A stretch of 56,496 nt of DNA, taken from assembly GCA_013265495.1 (NCBI GenBank), contig MU058441.1, forward strand, positions 372,001-428,496. Reading direction: 5' to 3'. The notes below the pieces were generated by a model that was given only the letters and a program-made list of their open reading frames with translations, was not told where the DNA came from and ran no database searches. The position numbers were made by a program, and so were the translations under genes. Origin of the DNA: Vicugna vicugna. Taxonomy: Eukaryota. Below are positions 1 through 11,620 of this stretch, in pieces; the first letter of the stretch is position 1, and the number at the start of each line of letters is the position of its first letter.

Positions 1-287
1 TCTGCCAGTATTTATCACCATGAATTTATGATTTTGCTGTGGATCATTAATGATCTAATTGATAATAGGTAAAGAGTCAGGAATAAGTATATCTAAATAT
101 TGAATATATTTAGAAATTGAAAACCAAATAGAATGCTCAGTCTTACCCTAGTACTTAGAATGCCCAATACCCTTATTTACTCAGAATTGTTCTCTTACAG
201 CGCCTAATGTTTTTCAACAATTCTTCTTATATGGATCTATTGTGAAAGTTAAATAATGTAAGATAATGTATAATTTAAGTGAGTAAC

Positions 288-783
288 TCATAGAAGGAGC
301 TGGCAGGACCCCCCTCCAATATTCATATAACTAAATTTTGGATCTTTTACATCCCCTTTACCTTGTTCAGGATGGCCAAAGATATGAGGAGTCTTCTCTT
401 TCATACTTGGCCTCTGGGACACCGTCTTGACACTCCTATCCTTGTTGCAGTTCTTCTGAGCCACAGTTGAATGTTGTACTTCTGCCGTATTAAGATCTTT
501 AAGCTCCTTGGTAATTGCTGGACAATGTTAGCTTACATGCTCTGAAACCAGAGGCTTTCATGTCCTCACAGGCATTTGATGAAGGAGAAGGCAATTTTAG
601 TTTCTTTCTTTTATAATTACCATGTTGTCTTTCCTTTTGTATCACTGTGCTTTTCCACGCCAGCATCTTCCTTTTTCTAGATGATTTTGGCTTTTCCAGA
701 GAAGAGCATTCTTCTAATTTCCAAAAGACATTTCTCACTCCTCCTGTAATAGAGTTTAGCAGACAATTTACAGTCTTGCCCAT
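288..783 (-). pseudogene. Decayed antisense coding-like segment of unknown identity in a SPATA22 intron
   Basis: ATG at 783 opens a 94-aa frame. A second frame is open 527->291 (79 aa, HCPAITKELKDLNTAEVQ...GGGSCQLLL*). Removing one A near 558 and reading through one TAA (530-528) joins them into ~165 codons. Confidence 0.5.
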
Positions 784-1194
784 TTTTAGACATGTTACTT
801 TTATTATTTTCAGAATGTTATAACAATAGTTATTTTAAAAGATTACAGTATGAATTTTTTTAAAAATTCTAAAATATCTATATATCAACTTTTGACTGAC
901 TTCTTTATATTTTACTACAACTTAATGAGCTGTTACTTGCTTTCCTACTACTCCTAAGTAGGACTTTTAAGCTACAGAGTAAAAGTACAAATAGGTATCC
1001 ACATTGCCTCTATTTTCCTTGTGACTTAAAATCACTGACATTATAATATCAAGCCATAGCTTAACTTTTGAAAATTTTACATTGTAGAAAATGAAAAAAA
1101 ATAAATGTATGAAGAAGGAGGCAAAGTTTTCAAAATTTTACTACTCTGAGACAACCACTGTCATACAAAGGCTTGTATAGTTTAAAAACATACT

Positions 1195-1345
1195 CTCTGG
1201 CACTGGACTTTGAGTTGGGAGACTAGGATTCCCTGGGTTTTGAATTGTCAGTAACTAGTTATATGACCTTGGGCAAGTTACTTCCTCATTAAGGCTCAGT
1301 TTCCTCACTTGAAAAGAGAGTATAATGTATTGTAGGGTTGTTGTG
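1195..1345 (+). mobile_element. MIR SINE relic
   Basis: MIR core motifs: cactggactttgagt..., tgaccttgggcaagttactt..., ctcagtttcctcac..., agggttgttgtga. Confidence 0.7.
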
Positions 1346-1508
1346 ATTGTATATTTGGAATTTCTAACTAGTCAGTAGTTACAAAGTAGTTTATAAACCA
1401 CAAATTACCATATAAATGCACATTTTCAATAATAATTTTCTTTTAATTAAGAAAAATATATAGAAACAACGCTATTACTAATTTTTTTTTAAAAAAAAAC
1501 TATTGCAG

Positions 1509-1851
1509 CTACAAAGATGGCAACACAAATACCAGTTTTAAAACTTGGGATAGAAATGATTTTAAGCCTCAGTGCAAAAGAACAAATAAAATGGCAGATA
1601 ATGGAATAAATTCTTATCCAGTGAATTTGGGAGCTCAACAACAGAAGCAATTAAGAGTATCTGAATCGACTAACTTATCTCACCAAAGAGAAAGTAAAGT
1701 ACTCACACAAACACATTCATCAAAAATATCTGGCTCCACAATGAGAAGTCTAGACAAAAACAGTGCATTACAGGCATTTAAGCCCAATTTTCAACAAAAT
1801 CAATTTAAGAAAAAGAAGTTGGATGATTTTCCAGCAGAAAACACTCTGAAG
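1509..1851 (+). CDS. SPATA22: SPATA22 internal coding exon (YKDGNTNTSFKTWDRNDFKPQCKRTNKMADNG...DDFPAENTLK)
   Basis: Acceptor ttgcAG at 1507-1508, donor AAG|GTAAAC at 1852. Frame is open. Peptide recognisably matches the mid-region of mammalian SPATA22 (TWDxNDFKPQCKRTN, THSSKISG, DKNSALQ, KPNFQQNQ). Confidence 0.95.
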
Positions 1852-1954
1852 GTAAACTTTTAAATATTAATTATTTACATTTTGTATTTACATTAAAAAT
1901 GTGTGATATATTTAGAAAGTTACAGAGATAAGAGCATTTGAAATTATTCCCATG

Positions 1955-2435
1955 GCCTATGTTATTTGATTAGCACAAATACCCAGTTCCCTTCCTCACA
2001 TCCTGGCCCAGTAGATTCTTTACCCTCTGCCCTTCTCTATGTTCTGGAAGGCTAATGGTCCTACATAGTGCATCGTCCTGGGATCCCGTAGCTGGCTTCT
2101 GTTAGGGGTTAGCCAGTAGGAATGGAAGACACTGGCAGGACATCAAAGGGTAGGGAGAGAGGTTGGATTTTCCCATTCCCTCCCTAATTAAATGCTGTGT
2201 CACAGGCGGCAGCTGTGTCCCTGCATGATATAGCCCCTCCATGAGTCCAGCTTTCACAAGCTTGATCATTTTATTTCCTCCGCTTCTCCTTTCAGCCTTG
2301 GAATGGTAACAGTTTCTTACTGTTGTTGGTCTTTGAGTGCTTAAGTACCCTATGTTGATTATGCCTATACATCTGTAAGCAGTTTTTTTTTAATAAGAGA
2401 AAAGTATTTTCCATATAAGCCATCTGAGGTAAATT
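1955..2435 (+). mobile_element. Old ERVL-type solo LTR (LTR33/LTR16-like)
   Basis: GC-richer island in an AT-rich intron with motifs typical of this family (cttcagccttggaatggtaacagtttcttactgttg, atacatctgtaagcag). Confidence 0.45.
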
Positions 2436-2551
2436 GTTTTACCCACATATTTGTGTAGTATAAGGACTTAGAATCTTTACATAGAAAGTGAATGAATATG
2501 ATGAAAAAAATGACAGGTTTTTCTAATGCTATGTTTTTATTTTTTCAAAAG

Positions 2552-2681
2552 GAAACCTCATTGTATCAGTTAAAGTTTAAAGAAAAAGATAATTCTTTAA
2601 GAATTATATCTGCAGTTATTGAAAGCATGAAGTACTGGCGTGAACATGCACAGAAAACCGTACTTCTTTTTGAAATATTAG
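2552..2681 (+). CDS. SPATA22: SPATA22 coding exon (ETSLYQLKFKEKDNSLRIISAVIESMKYWREHAQKTVLLFEIL)
   Basis: T-tract then aaaAG acceptor at 2550-2551, donor G|GTGGGT at 2682. 130 nt, phase 0 in and phase 1 out, consistent with neighbouring exons. Confidence 0.96.
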
Positions 2682-4417
2682 GTGGGTGTAGTACTTCGAA
2701 AATACTTCAGTAATACCATTTGGACAACAGTTTTGTATGTTAATAGGAATACTTAGAGGATCTTAAAGAAAAATAAAATTTTTACAAAGGGAGATTATGG
2801 TTTATTAGGATTTTCTTCAGTTCCTGGATCTGTCACTGATTTATGTGACTTAAGACATGTTTGGTTATTCATGGTAATATTCTTCTGATTCATAATGTCA
2901 AAACTGGGAGGATTCTTACAAGTAATCTAACCCAACCGTTGACGTAGGTGAAAAAATGGGGCAAATATTTAAAATAGACTTGACTGAAATCACAAAGCTA
3001 ATTAGCAGCACAGATGGATCTAGAACCCAAGTCTCCTTATTCTCAATAGAGTGTTCTTTCTGCTCTGTTACACTAAATCCAGTAGTAATGTTATATGTAA
3101 AGTAAATTATAGTAAATATTCTGAAAGAACATTTGTGAAGAATCCTTTACTGATATGTGTAAACACCCTACAATTAATCTGTTTTCTAAATATTTAAAAG
3201 GGAGGAGAGTTTTATAGAATGTGTCTGGAATTTGATTTTATTTCAAATGAAGAGACAAACAAGAGGCAGAGATTCAAAACACACTTCTTTCCACAGTTTA
3301 AATAAAATATTTAAAGTAATTTAAATTATGAAATATTCTAAACATGCAGAAAAATCTAGAGAATATAATAAATAGCCACATACCTGTTTTATAGACATCC
3401 TTGAAACCTGCATCTGGTTTTCTTCTCTGGAGATAATCAGTGTGGTATCTTTACATGTTTTTATAATTTTACTATATATATTTGATTTCATAAATTTATA
3501 TTTATTTAATTACTATTTTATGTGTTTTAAAATATAGAGTTTGCATTTTCATCCAGTATTATGTTTTTGATATTTAGCCATCTTTCTGTTCTGTCACAGT
3601 GTTGGCTTGATCATGAGACCCCAATTGTGGTCTCTCCAATAGTTTCTGACTTTTATGGTATTAAGATGATTGTCAAAATTCTCTATACCACACATTTTTC
3701 CATATACCACACTGTCACATTCTTTGACAGTTCCTTCTGCTTGCTCTTTCCCAGAAACTAGCAAATGACCCCTTGCATATCATTATTTCTAACTGCATAA
3801 CAAGCCCATCACTGCAACCCTTAACCCTGTAGCTGGGGAGGGGGATATGCTGATTGGCTTACATCAGTCTTATGTCACTCCTGTGTCTGGGAGTGGGACA
3901 AATCCCATCCAGATCATATGGCTAAGTATGGCATAGGAGAGATTTCCTAAAGGAAAATCTAGATATCATGAGGGGAATAGAGGCTGACCTCAAAATAACA
4001 AATGTTCACTATCAGTATATAATAGATGGAAAGGAATGAATAATAATAATTTCTTGAGATAAACATGAATTATCAGAATTTTACAGATGAAGCGGATTTG
4101 AAAGAGGTTAAACAATTTGCTCAGCTTAGTAAATTACAGAATTGAGACTCCATTGCATGACTTCTGATTCTGTTTCAGTTTTTTCCATTAAACCATGATG
4201 TTTATTTGTTATCCATGAGTATTTTATTTGTTATAATGTAGTAGACTTGTCTGAGGTTTTAACCAACTTGTAGAACACATTATAAGAAAAAAAGCTTCAG
4301 ATGGCCAACTATTGTCAATTGTATAAACTTTGGCAAATAACCTGATCCTAAGTTGGAGAGGGCCAGAAATTTTGTTTTCCTTAGAATAAAACAGTTTTGG
4401 AAATATCTTTCCCTTTT

Positions 4418-4567
4418 GGAGGGAGAGGTATAACTCAGTGCCAGGGTGTGTGCGTAGCATGCATGAGATCCTGGGTTCAATCCCCGGTGCCTCCATTAAA
4501 AAATAAATAGAATAAAAATAAATAATAAACCTAATTACCCTCCCCCAAATTTTAAAAACTTAAAAAA
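4418..4567 (+). mobile_element. tRNA-Ala-derived SINE (vic-1-like, camelid type)
   Basis: A-box-like ggtataactcagtg, B-box ctgggttcaatcccc, AT-rich tail with aaacctaattaccctccccc. Flanked by direct repeat aatatctttc (4402-4411 and 4571-4580). Confidence 0.8.
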
Positions 4568-4714
4568 GGGAATATCTTTCTCTCTTAAAATGGTTTCTTA
4601 TTATTGAGAGGTTGGTGTGGGAATAGTTATTTAAATACCAATTTCTCTTTGTTAAATTTTCTTTGCATTTTACCAGCACTGATTTTTTTCCCCCTCTATT
4701 TCAATTTTGCTTAG

Positions 4715-4812
4715 CTGTTCTCGATTCAGCTGTCACACCTGGCCCATATTGTTCAAAGACTTTTCTTATGAGAGATGGGAAAAATACTCTGCCTTGTGTA
4801 TTTTATGAAATA
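4715..4812 (+). CDS. SPATA22: SPATA22 coding exon (AVLDSAVTPGPYCSKTFLMRDGKNTLPCVFYEI), OB-fold-like region
   Basis: Acceptor gcttAG at 4713-4714, donor ATA|GTGAGT at 4813. 98 nt, restores phase 0. Confidence 0.96.
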
Positions 4813-4959
4813 GTGAGTATTTGTTTAAGAATCCTTTGCAAGGCTTATGCCAACAAAACCATACAAATGCAGGCTATAATTCCACTGTAGTAAAAATTCT
4901 GTTAACAACTGAGTAGTACTTTCAACATTTTGTTTGATTTTAATTCTGATATTAAAGTT

Positions 4960-5745
4960 GTTTATTTGTTCAACTGATATGGAGAGCCTACTCTGTGCTA
5001 GTTGCAAGGGATACAAAGTGGAATATAAGTGGTAAATGACTCTCCCAAAGAGTTTATAATCCCAGGAGAAAGACAAGATATATAAATGTTACACTGTGGC
5101 ATGACAAATGATATGACAGAGGTGTGTTCAGAGTGCTATAGAAGTAGATAGGGAGGATGGTCAGATCACTGTAAGGTTTTTTAAGAATGCATTAACCTAT
5201 TTTATCTTAGATATTTAAGGTCTAATAAATTAAGCCAAAGTGTTGGGACCGAGGGAGGAGGAGGGAGGAACGCATTCTAAGGCGAAGGAGCAGCATATAC
5301 AAAGGCATGAAGCTCAGACAGAGCCTGGATTGTTCAGGAAACAGCAAGTAGTTTATAATTACCAGAGTGTAGAGTTAGTAAGTGAGGGAGGTAAGGGTAG
5401 TGCTTCTGAACTTGAGAGAAGGCAGAGAGAATGGGCTGGAACATAGCAAAGAGGCTTGGTAACAAAGGAAGCTGGGGGTGACAAAGGAGGCTGGAGACCT
5501 TATAAGACTTCCATACTTTGTAAAAGAGTTTGGCGTTAATTCTGAAATCACACTTGGATTCCAGTTTGTACTCCACCATTTATTAGCTTTATGATCTTGA
5601 GTGAGCTGCTTAAACCTTCTGAGCATCAGTTTTTTAATCTGTCAAATGGAGAGACTAATTCCTACTTTGAAAATTTGTTATGGAGATTAGATGATAAAAC
5701 ATATGAATGTATAGCGTCTGACACATAGCAGATGATCAAGAAGTA
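4960..5745. mobile_element. L2 relic followed by MIR (about 5545-5745)
   Basis: L2 3'-type tttatttgttcaactgatat...ctactctgtgctag and purine-rich body. MIR motif cttctgagcatcagttttttaatctgtcaaatggga. Confidence 0.6.
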
Positions 5746-5829
5746 GTAATGTCATTAATTTCTATAATATCTTGAATGCTAATTTTTAAATTTTATTATT
5801 TTACTTTTTTCTCTAGTCTAAATTTTTTA

Positions 5830-6890
5830 AAAAACTTTTTAATTGAAGTATAACATATACAGAAAAGTACACAAATCATAACTGTACAATTCTATGGAGT
5901 ATCACAAAGTGAACAGTAGCAAGGATAAAAATAGAACATTGCTGTCACCCTGTACATCTCTGTGCCTCTTCCAAGTCATTACCTCCTATTTCTTGCCTAA
6001 AATTAACCATCATCATGACTTTTAAAATCATCAATTAATTCTGCCTATTTTTGAACTTATATATAAATAATATCATATGAAATGTCTTCTTTTATGTCTG
6101 GTTTCTTTTAGTCAACACAGTGTTTATAAGATTCATCTCTCTGGCTATAATTTATTTATTTATATATTTCTATGTACAATATTCTGCTGTATGAATATGT
6201 CACAATTTAGTTTTCTGTTCTGCTGTTGGTGGGCCTCTTGGTTGTTTCTTGATTTTTTATTATGAATAATGCTCTGTGAACATTCTTCTATATGTCTTTT
6301 GTGCACATGCATGCCTTTCTGTTGGGTATATACCTAGAAGTAAATATAAAAAATGCTGGATCATAGTGCATCTATATGTTTTAATAAGGTAATTATTGCC
6401 AAAGGATTTTCCAAAGGGTTTTACCAGTTGACACACTCACAATCAGTGTAGGAGAGTTGTACCTTCTCTGCATTCTTATCAACATTTGGTACTGTCAGTC
6501 TTTTTTATTTTAACCATTCTAGTGGGTAAGTGTACTGCTATCTCATTTCTCTCCAACTCTGGTGACTGAGAAGGTTCAGCACTTTTGATGTTTACTGTCC
6601 ATTTAGATATCTTCTCTTGAAAAATCTGTTCAGGCCTCTGATAATTTTTTTCTGTTGAATTATTTGTGTTTTCCGTATTGACTCATAGGAGTTTTTGAGA
6701 AAACTATTCTGGGTACAATTCTTTGTCTATTATGTGTATTGCAAATATCTTCTCATACTCCATGGTTAGCTTTTTCAGTCTTAAGAGTGGCTTTTGAGAA
6801 ACAGAAAATCTTTACCATAGTATAGTCCTTTTAGTAACTACCAGCATTTTCTCTGATAGTTAGTGCTTTTTATGACTGCTTAGTGAGAGC
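5830..6890 (-). mobile_element. Old L1 (L1M-type) 3' end
   Basis: ttttaattgaagtataacatatacagaaaagtacacaaatcataa..., aataatgctctgtgaacattctt..., tgctggatcatag: antisense L1 3' UTR and ORF2 end. Confidence 0.8.
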
Positions 6891-6999
6891 AAACCCAGAA
6901 TACTTTTTCTGATTTACTAGTGCCAATAGTGCATAGCCCTTTTGAGTCTCCCAACACTAAGCCCGGGGGGGAGGTGGTGTGATTATCAGAATCTCTTTT

Positions 7000-7116
7000 T
7001 TTTTTTTTACATTTTTATTGATTCATAATCATTTTACAGTGTTGTGTCAAATTCCAGTGTTCAGTACAATTTTTCAGTCATACATGGACATATACACATT
7101 CATTGTCACATTTTTT
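7000..7116 (-). mobile_element. Very young, 5'-truncated L1 3' end
   Basis: Poly(T) then acatttttattgattcataatc.... Perfect 14-bp TSD tcagaatctctttt at 6986-6999 and 7117-7130. Confidence 0.9.
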
Positions 7117-7744
7117 TCAGAATCTCTTTTCTTTGAGGGGCTTTGGTCTCCATTTTTCCTCCTAGCCATATGTGCCTGGCAGCAGCTCTGCTCAGTTCCT
7201 TAGACTCTCAAACTACCTTGACTATAATTGGCAGATACCTCAGCAGGGAAAGCCTCCCCAGATATCAGGCCTCATTCTGGACTGCTTTCCTCTCCCAGAT
7301 GGGGGTCTTTGTAATTCCTCACTGTCTTTGGTATCTCTCTGAGGAAATTTTAAAATAAATATTCCATCTAGCTATTCTAGTTGGCTTTAGTAGGAAAGTT
7401 GGTCTGAACTACCTAGTGTGCCATCTGTTGAAAGTAACAGTCTTATAGAAGTGAATATTCATGTGCCATTATATTGGGAATTATTCCAGTTTTTTTTTTT
7501 AAAGAAGCAGCAGCTCACTCACCTTTAAGAAGCCCTACCCAAGTGTGAAGGGCTTTCTTCTGTGGAGGGTATCAATTTCTCCCTAGCTATTATGATCTTG
7601 TCAACACTGGGGCTCTAAATTAGGTAAGGGAATTATAGCACTTTGGGGTGATTCATATTTAGTTGATGATATTATTAGTTTTAAAAATTGAAATTCAAAT
7701 AGAATCGTAAATAACTTTATCGATATTTATTTTTTAAAAAACAG

Positions 7745-7936
7745 GATCGTGAACTTCCAAGACTGATTAGAGGCCGAGTTCATAGGTGTGTTGGAAACTA
7801 TGACCAGAAAAAGAATATTTTCAAATGTGTTTCTGTCAGACCGGCATCTGTTTCTGAACAAAAAACTTTTCAAGCCTTTGTTAAAACTGTAGATGCTGAG
7901 ATGAGGTATTATACTAATGTAATGAATGAAATTTAA
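7745..7936 (+). CDS. SPATA22: SPATA22 terminal coding exon (DRELPRLIRGRVHRCVGNYDQKKNIFKCVSVRPASVSEQKTFQAFVKTVDAEMRYYTNVMNEI*)
   Basis: Acceptor acAG at 7743-7744, 64 codons ending TAA at 7934-7936. Matches the known SPATA22 C-terminus. Absent from the ORF track because it lacks an early ATG. Confidence 0.96.
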   Translation, partial: DRELPRLIRGRVHRCVGNYDQKKNIFKCVSVRPASVSEQKTFQAFVKTVDAEMRYYTNVMNEI

Positions 7937-7966
7937 GTGATGATGAAGGAAGTTAAAATAGTATAA

Positions 7967-7972
7967 ATTAAA
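7967..7972 (+). terminator. Candidate SPATA22 polyadenylation signal (ATTAAA)
   Basis: ATTAAA 30 nt after the stop, followed by T/GT-rich sequence (8001-8045). Further ATTAAA copies lie at ~8049 and ~8093. Confidence 0.5.
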
Positions 7973-8419
7973 AACATTTTTCTGTTATTATTTCATTTAC
8001 CATCTCTGTGGTTTTATGGCTACTGTTTTTCTGTATTTCACTTGTTGAATTAAAATACTTAAATCCTTCTATTTTATTTTTTAAATAACTTTATTAAATC
8101 CTTTTAAATGTGGAAAGAATTTTTGAAAAATAATTTTAGTATTTTTATAAAAATTGTATATTTGCTAAAATTAAAAAACCATTTCAGATTAAAAAATTCA
8201 ATATAATAGGGATAGGTAGATATATTTTAACATGAGATAGGAATACATTTGAGTCAGCTCAGATACATTTGAGTCAGCCCAGAGGCCAACATCAAGCTTA
8301 ATGGGGAAATATAGAGACATTCCCACCAAACTTGGGAACAAGACAAAGGTGCTCACTATCTGTAGTGTCACTAGGCATTATACTGAAGTTTCTAGTCTAT
8401 GCAGCTACTTTGGGATAGC

Positions 8420-8871
8420 TGTAGTCTGGTCCCTGCTTGTTTTATGGCTTCTCCATTCATCTTTTTTTTTACTGCTGAAAATGTAAACTCTGGCCCCACT
8501 GGACTGCTGTCCACTCCTAAACGAGCAGTGATTAAGCATCCAAACATGAGTTTATCTCCATCCCCACATTCCCTATAGTCAGATGTGATCAGTGGTTATA
8601 ATCAGTCATGGCTCCAGGATCCTGAGAGCATTTGTCCTAGAGAGACCTTGGGTAATTGCTTTGTCTTTAATGAGTTCCTCCAGGATCTAGACTCCTCTGG
8701 GATCCAGGGCTGCTTAGGCCTGGGGATGTATAGAATGGGAGATGGGACAATGGATGTTGCAGACACAGGTGATGACTACAGAGGCTGTTACTTCTCACGC
8801 TTTAGTGAATAAAGAGGGGCAGTATCTCAGGTCATGGGTCCTGGAGTCTCTCTCAGACACACTGGGTAAGT
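8420..8871 (+). promoter_or_regulatory. Putative promoter and 5' non-coding exon of the first OR1E gene
   Basis: Homeodomain sites TAATTG (8653) and CTTTAATGAG (8665-8674), O/E-like sites, donor CTGG|GTAAGT at 8866. Conserved in paralogs at 19770-20220 and 29090-29252. Confidence 0.7.
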
Positions 8872-10249
8872 TGGGCAGACGATGAATGAGCTGGTCCTTT
8901 GGGTTTTTCCTACCTGAGGGTCTTGATTTCCCAGGTTGTATCATGTTCTGCAGGAGAACATTTCAGGTGTGATAACTCCCTTCTTCACCTCTCAGCCTCC
9001 CATGATTTCTTCACAATCTAGAAATATTTTGATTGATGTTCATTAGTCACATTAGTCTTTTTTTATTAATGATAACATCTATAAATAAAACTGTGTAATG
9101 TATCTCACAAGATTTTTTTTTGTTTCAGCATAAGACCTCTCTATGAGACAGGCATTTAATGCAGAAGTTCTTGACCCTTGACTATATATTTGAATGACTT
9201 AATGACCTTTAGATAGCTGATTACATTCATTGGATGACAGTGCAGTAATCAATATTTTAAAATACAGTGTGTTCCACAGACCAACAGAATTGGAATCACT
9301 AAATATAAAATTTGTGCTTATAAAATATAGAATTTTAGGCACCACAACAGAACTACTTAATCAAAATCAGCACTTAACAGGGCCTCTAGGTAGGCAATTT
9401 GTAAATTAAATTTTTAGAAGCACTGCCCTTTGTGATTCTTATGTGCAGTCCAGACTGAGAACTACTGATTTCCCAGGTGCAGAGGATGAGAGGCATTGTT
9501 AATGGAGCAGCTAAAGCTCATAGCCCTGATCCTGCCAGCATCTTCAAGTGCTGGCTCTCTGTTTTGTGATTCCTAGAGAGACTTGTGACAGCCTCAGGAA
9601 AGGATCCTACATATTTTCCTGGGAAGCAAATTTCTGAGAAATTAAGTACATGGAGCTTCACTTGATGCTTTTCCCTGCTGCAATACCAGAACATTAAGTC
9701 CACATGTGAAAAATATTATGTGGCTCAGTTAAGCAGCATTAGCAGGGCAAAAATCCTAGCAATCGGACTCAGTTATGTCTCTTTGAGGAAAGGAACTTCT
9801 TATATCCCTAATACTCTTCCTTAGTTTTCCCAGCTCTGAGGCACACTCTGAGGTATGGATATCTGAAGAAGAAATGGAGCAAGGTCTCGAGGGTAGAAAT
9901 TATCTTTATTTCTTCCTTTTCTCCCCAAATTACTAAACATACCCATCAGTTTTACCTTTTTCCACATGTATGTAACTGAATCCTGTGGGTATCAACACAA
10001 GGAATAAGTGACAGTGTGCACGTGGATAGTGGGTTATCTGTTTAGGATAAAGAGTAGTGTGATTGAGGTAGTCTAATATGTTCCATGTCTGAAGTTACAT
10101 CCCAGACTTTTGTAAAAAAGTATCAAAAACTAGTGAGTTCTTGTTCTGAGAGGACTTAGGAGGAGTAGATATTCTAAAACAACAGGAGTTTTCTGTCTTT
10201 AAAGTTGGAGGAATGCATGTCTTAACCTGAAGCACAGCCAGTAAATACC

Positions 10250-11520
10250 TCAGAAAATGAAACATTGCCTACATCTAGGCACTGTTCCAGGTGCTGGCAC
10301 TGCTTCAGTCATGAAGGTAGTTATGGCCTTTCCTGTGTGAAGTTGACAATCTGGTAGGAAAGATAGCTATAAATGAATAATAGCTTTGGGTATTGAGTGC
10401 TGAGGGAGCATAGCAGTGGGTTCTCATCTGGTCTGGGGAAATAGGGAAGGTTAGCTGAGTAAGAGACTTGTAATATACCTGAAGGATAAAGAAAGACAAG
10501 CCAGGTGAAGGAGCAGAGGGAGAAGGATGCTAGGCATGAGGAAAAGGAAAGGCAAAAGGATGGAGGCAAGAAACTGTGACTTTTAACTCCAGCATTGGTG
10601 GAAGAGTGGAATGTGTGTGTCATTATAGGGTAGATGAAGATGTGGAGGCAAGCAAGGGTCAGATCATGGAGCACTTTTTGGCCCTTGAAAGGAATTTTGT
10701 CTTTATCTTAAGAGCAATGACACCATGCAGACTTTAAGAGAATAATGGTCAGATTTTCATCTTAGAATGCTATAGTGTGAAGAGACTGAAGGAGAGTGAG
10801 CATGGAAGCAGGGAGATAAATTAAGAGGCTGTTTTGATAGTACAGACAAGTTGTGATGTTAGCCTGGTTCAGGGTAGTGAGGGTTGGGATAGTGGTGGAT
10901 GAATTAGAGAGAGAATTAAGTGGGAGATCCTACAAGACTTGATGGACTGGGTGCTGATAGTGAAAGGAGGGAATGAAAGAAAACTCCTAGGTATGTGACT
11001 TGAGCCTTGATTTCTTTTACTGAGGTGTGAGAGTCTTGAAAGTGTGGGCAGGGTGAGCTCATGTGGGATCTTTTGGGCTGAAGATGCTTGTGATATTCCA
11101 TGGGGAGATAATCACTAAGCAACTAATGATGGAGCTGTGAAAGTGATAGAGGTTTATCCATGAGATTTAGATGGTAATTAATGCCATAGTAATGGACAAG
11201 TTCTTTCAAAGCTGTATATATAGAATTATAAGAGAACAGTGTTTAGGCAAAAGCCCAAGAATACACCAATATATAAGATACTGTTGGAGAAGAAACTAAT
11301 CAGAGTTACTGGGAATGAATGGCAGGGAAATATGAGGAGAACCAGGGTGAGCCCGTAGAAGAAAGAAGATGAGAGTGTTTTAGAAGGGAGGCAAGAGTTA
11401 TACTATTGTTATATGCTAATTGATGAGAAAGGAAGGAAATGTCTGAAAAGTGGCTTAGACTTAGTGATGTATATTTCTGATTACAAAGAGTGGTGTTAGT
11501 GAGGTTGAAATCAGTTACCG
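10250..11520. mobile_element. L2 relic in the OR1E 5' intron (duplicated at about 21610-22930)
   Basis: cctacatctaggcactgttccaggtgctgg followed by a long purine-rich L2-type body. Paralogous copy upstream of the second OR1E gene. Confidence 0.7.
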
Positions 11521-11620
11521 AAGAACAGCTAACAGACTAGGTATCACAGAAATATGTTCATTTTTATTCCGGTTTTTAATGGACACCATTATTTTCTCCT
11601 AAAGATACTGGACACAGAGC

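Noticed and set aside
1591..1863. Stand-alone 90-aa ORF (likewise 2492-2713 and 4663-4890)
   Set aside because: These are SPATA22 internal exons read into flanking intron.
4418..4495. Possible tRNA-Ala gene
   Set aside because: Degenerate D-arm, AT-rich tail and flanking direct repeats indicate a SINE.
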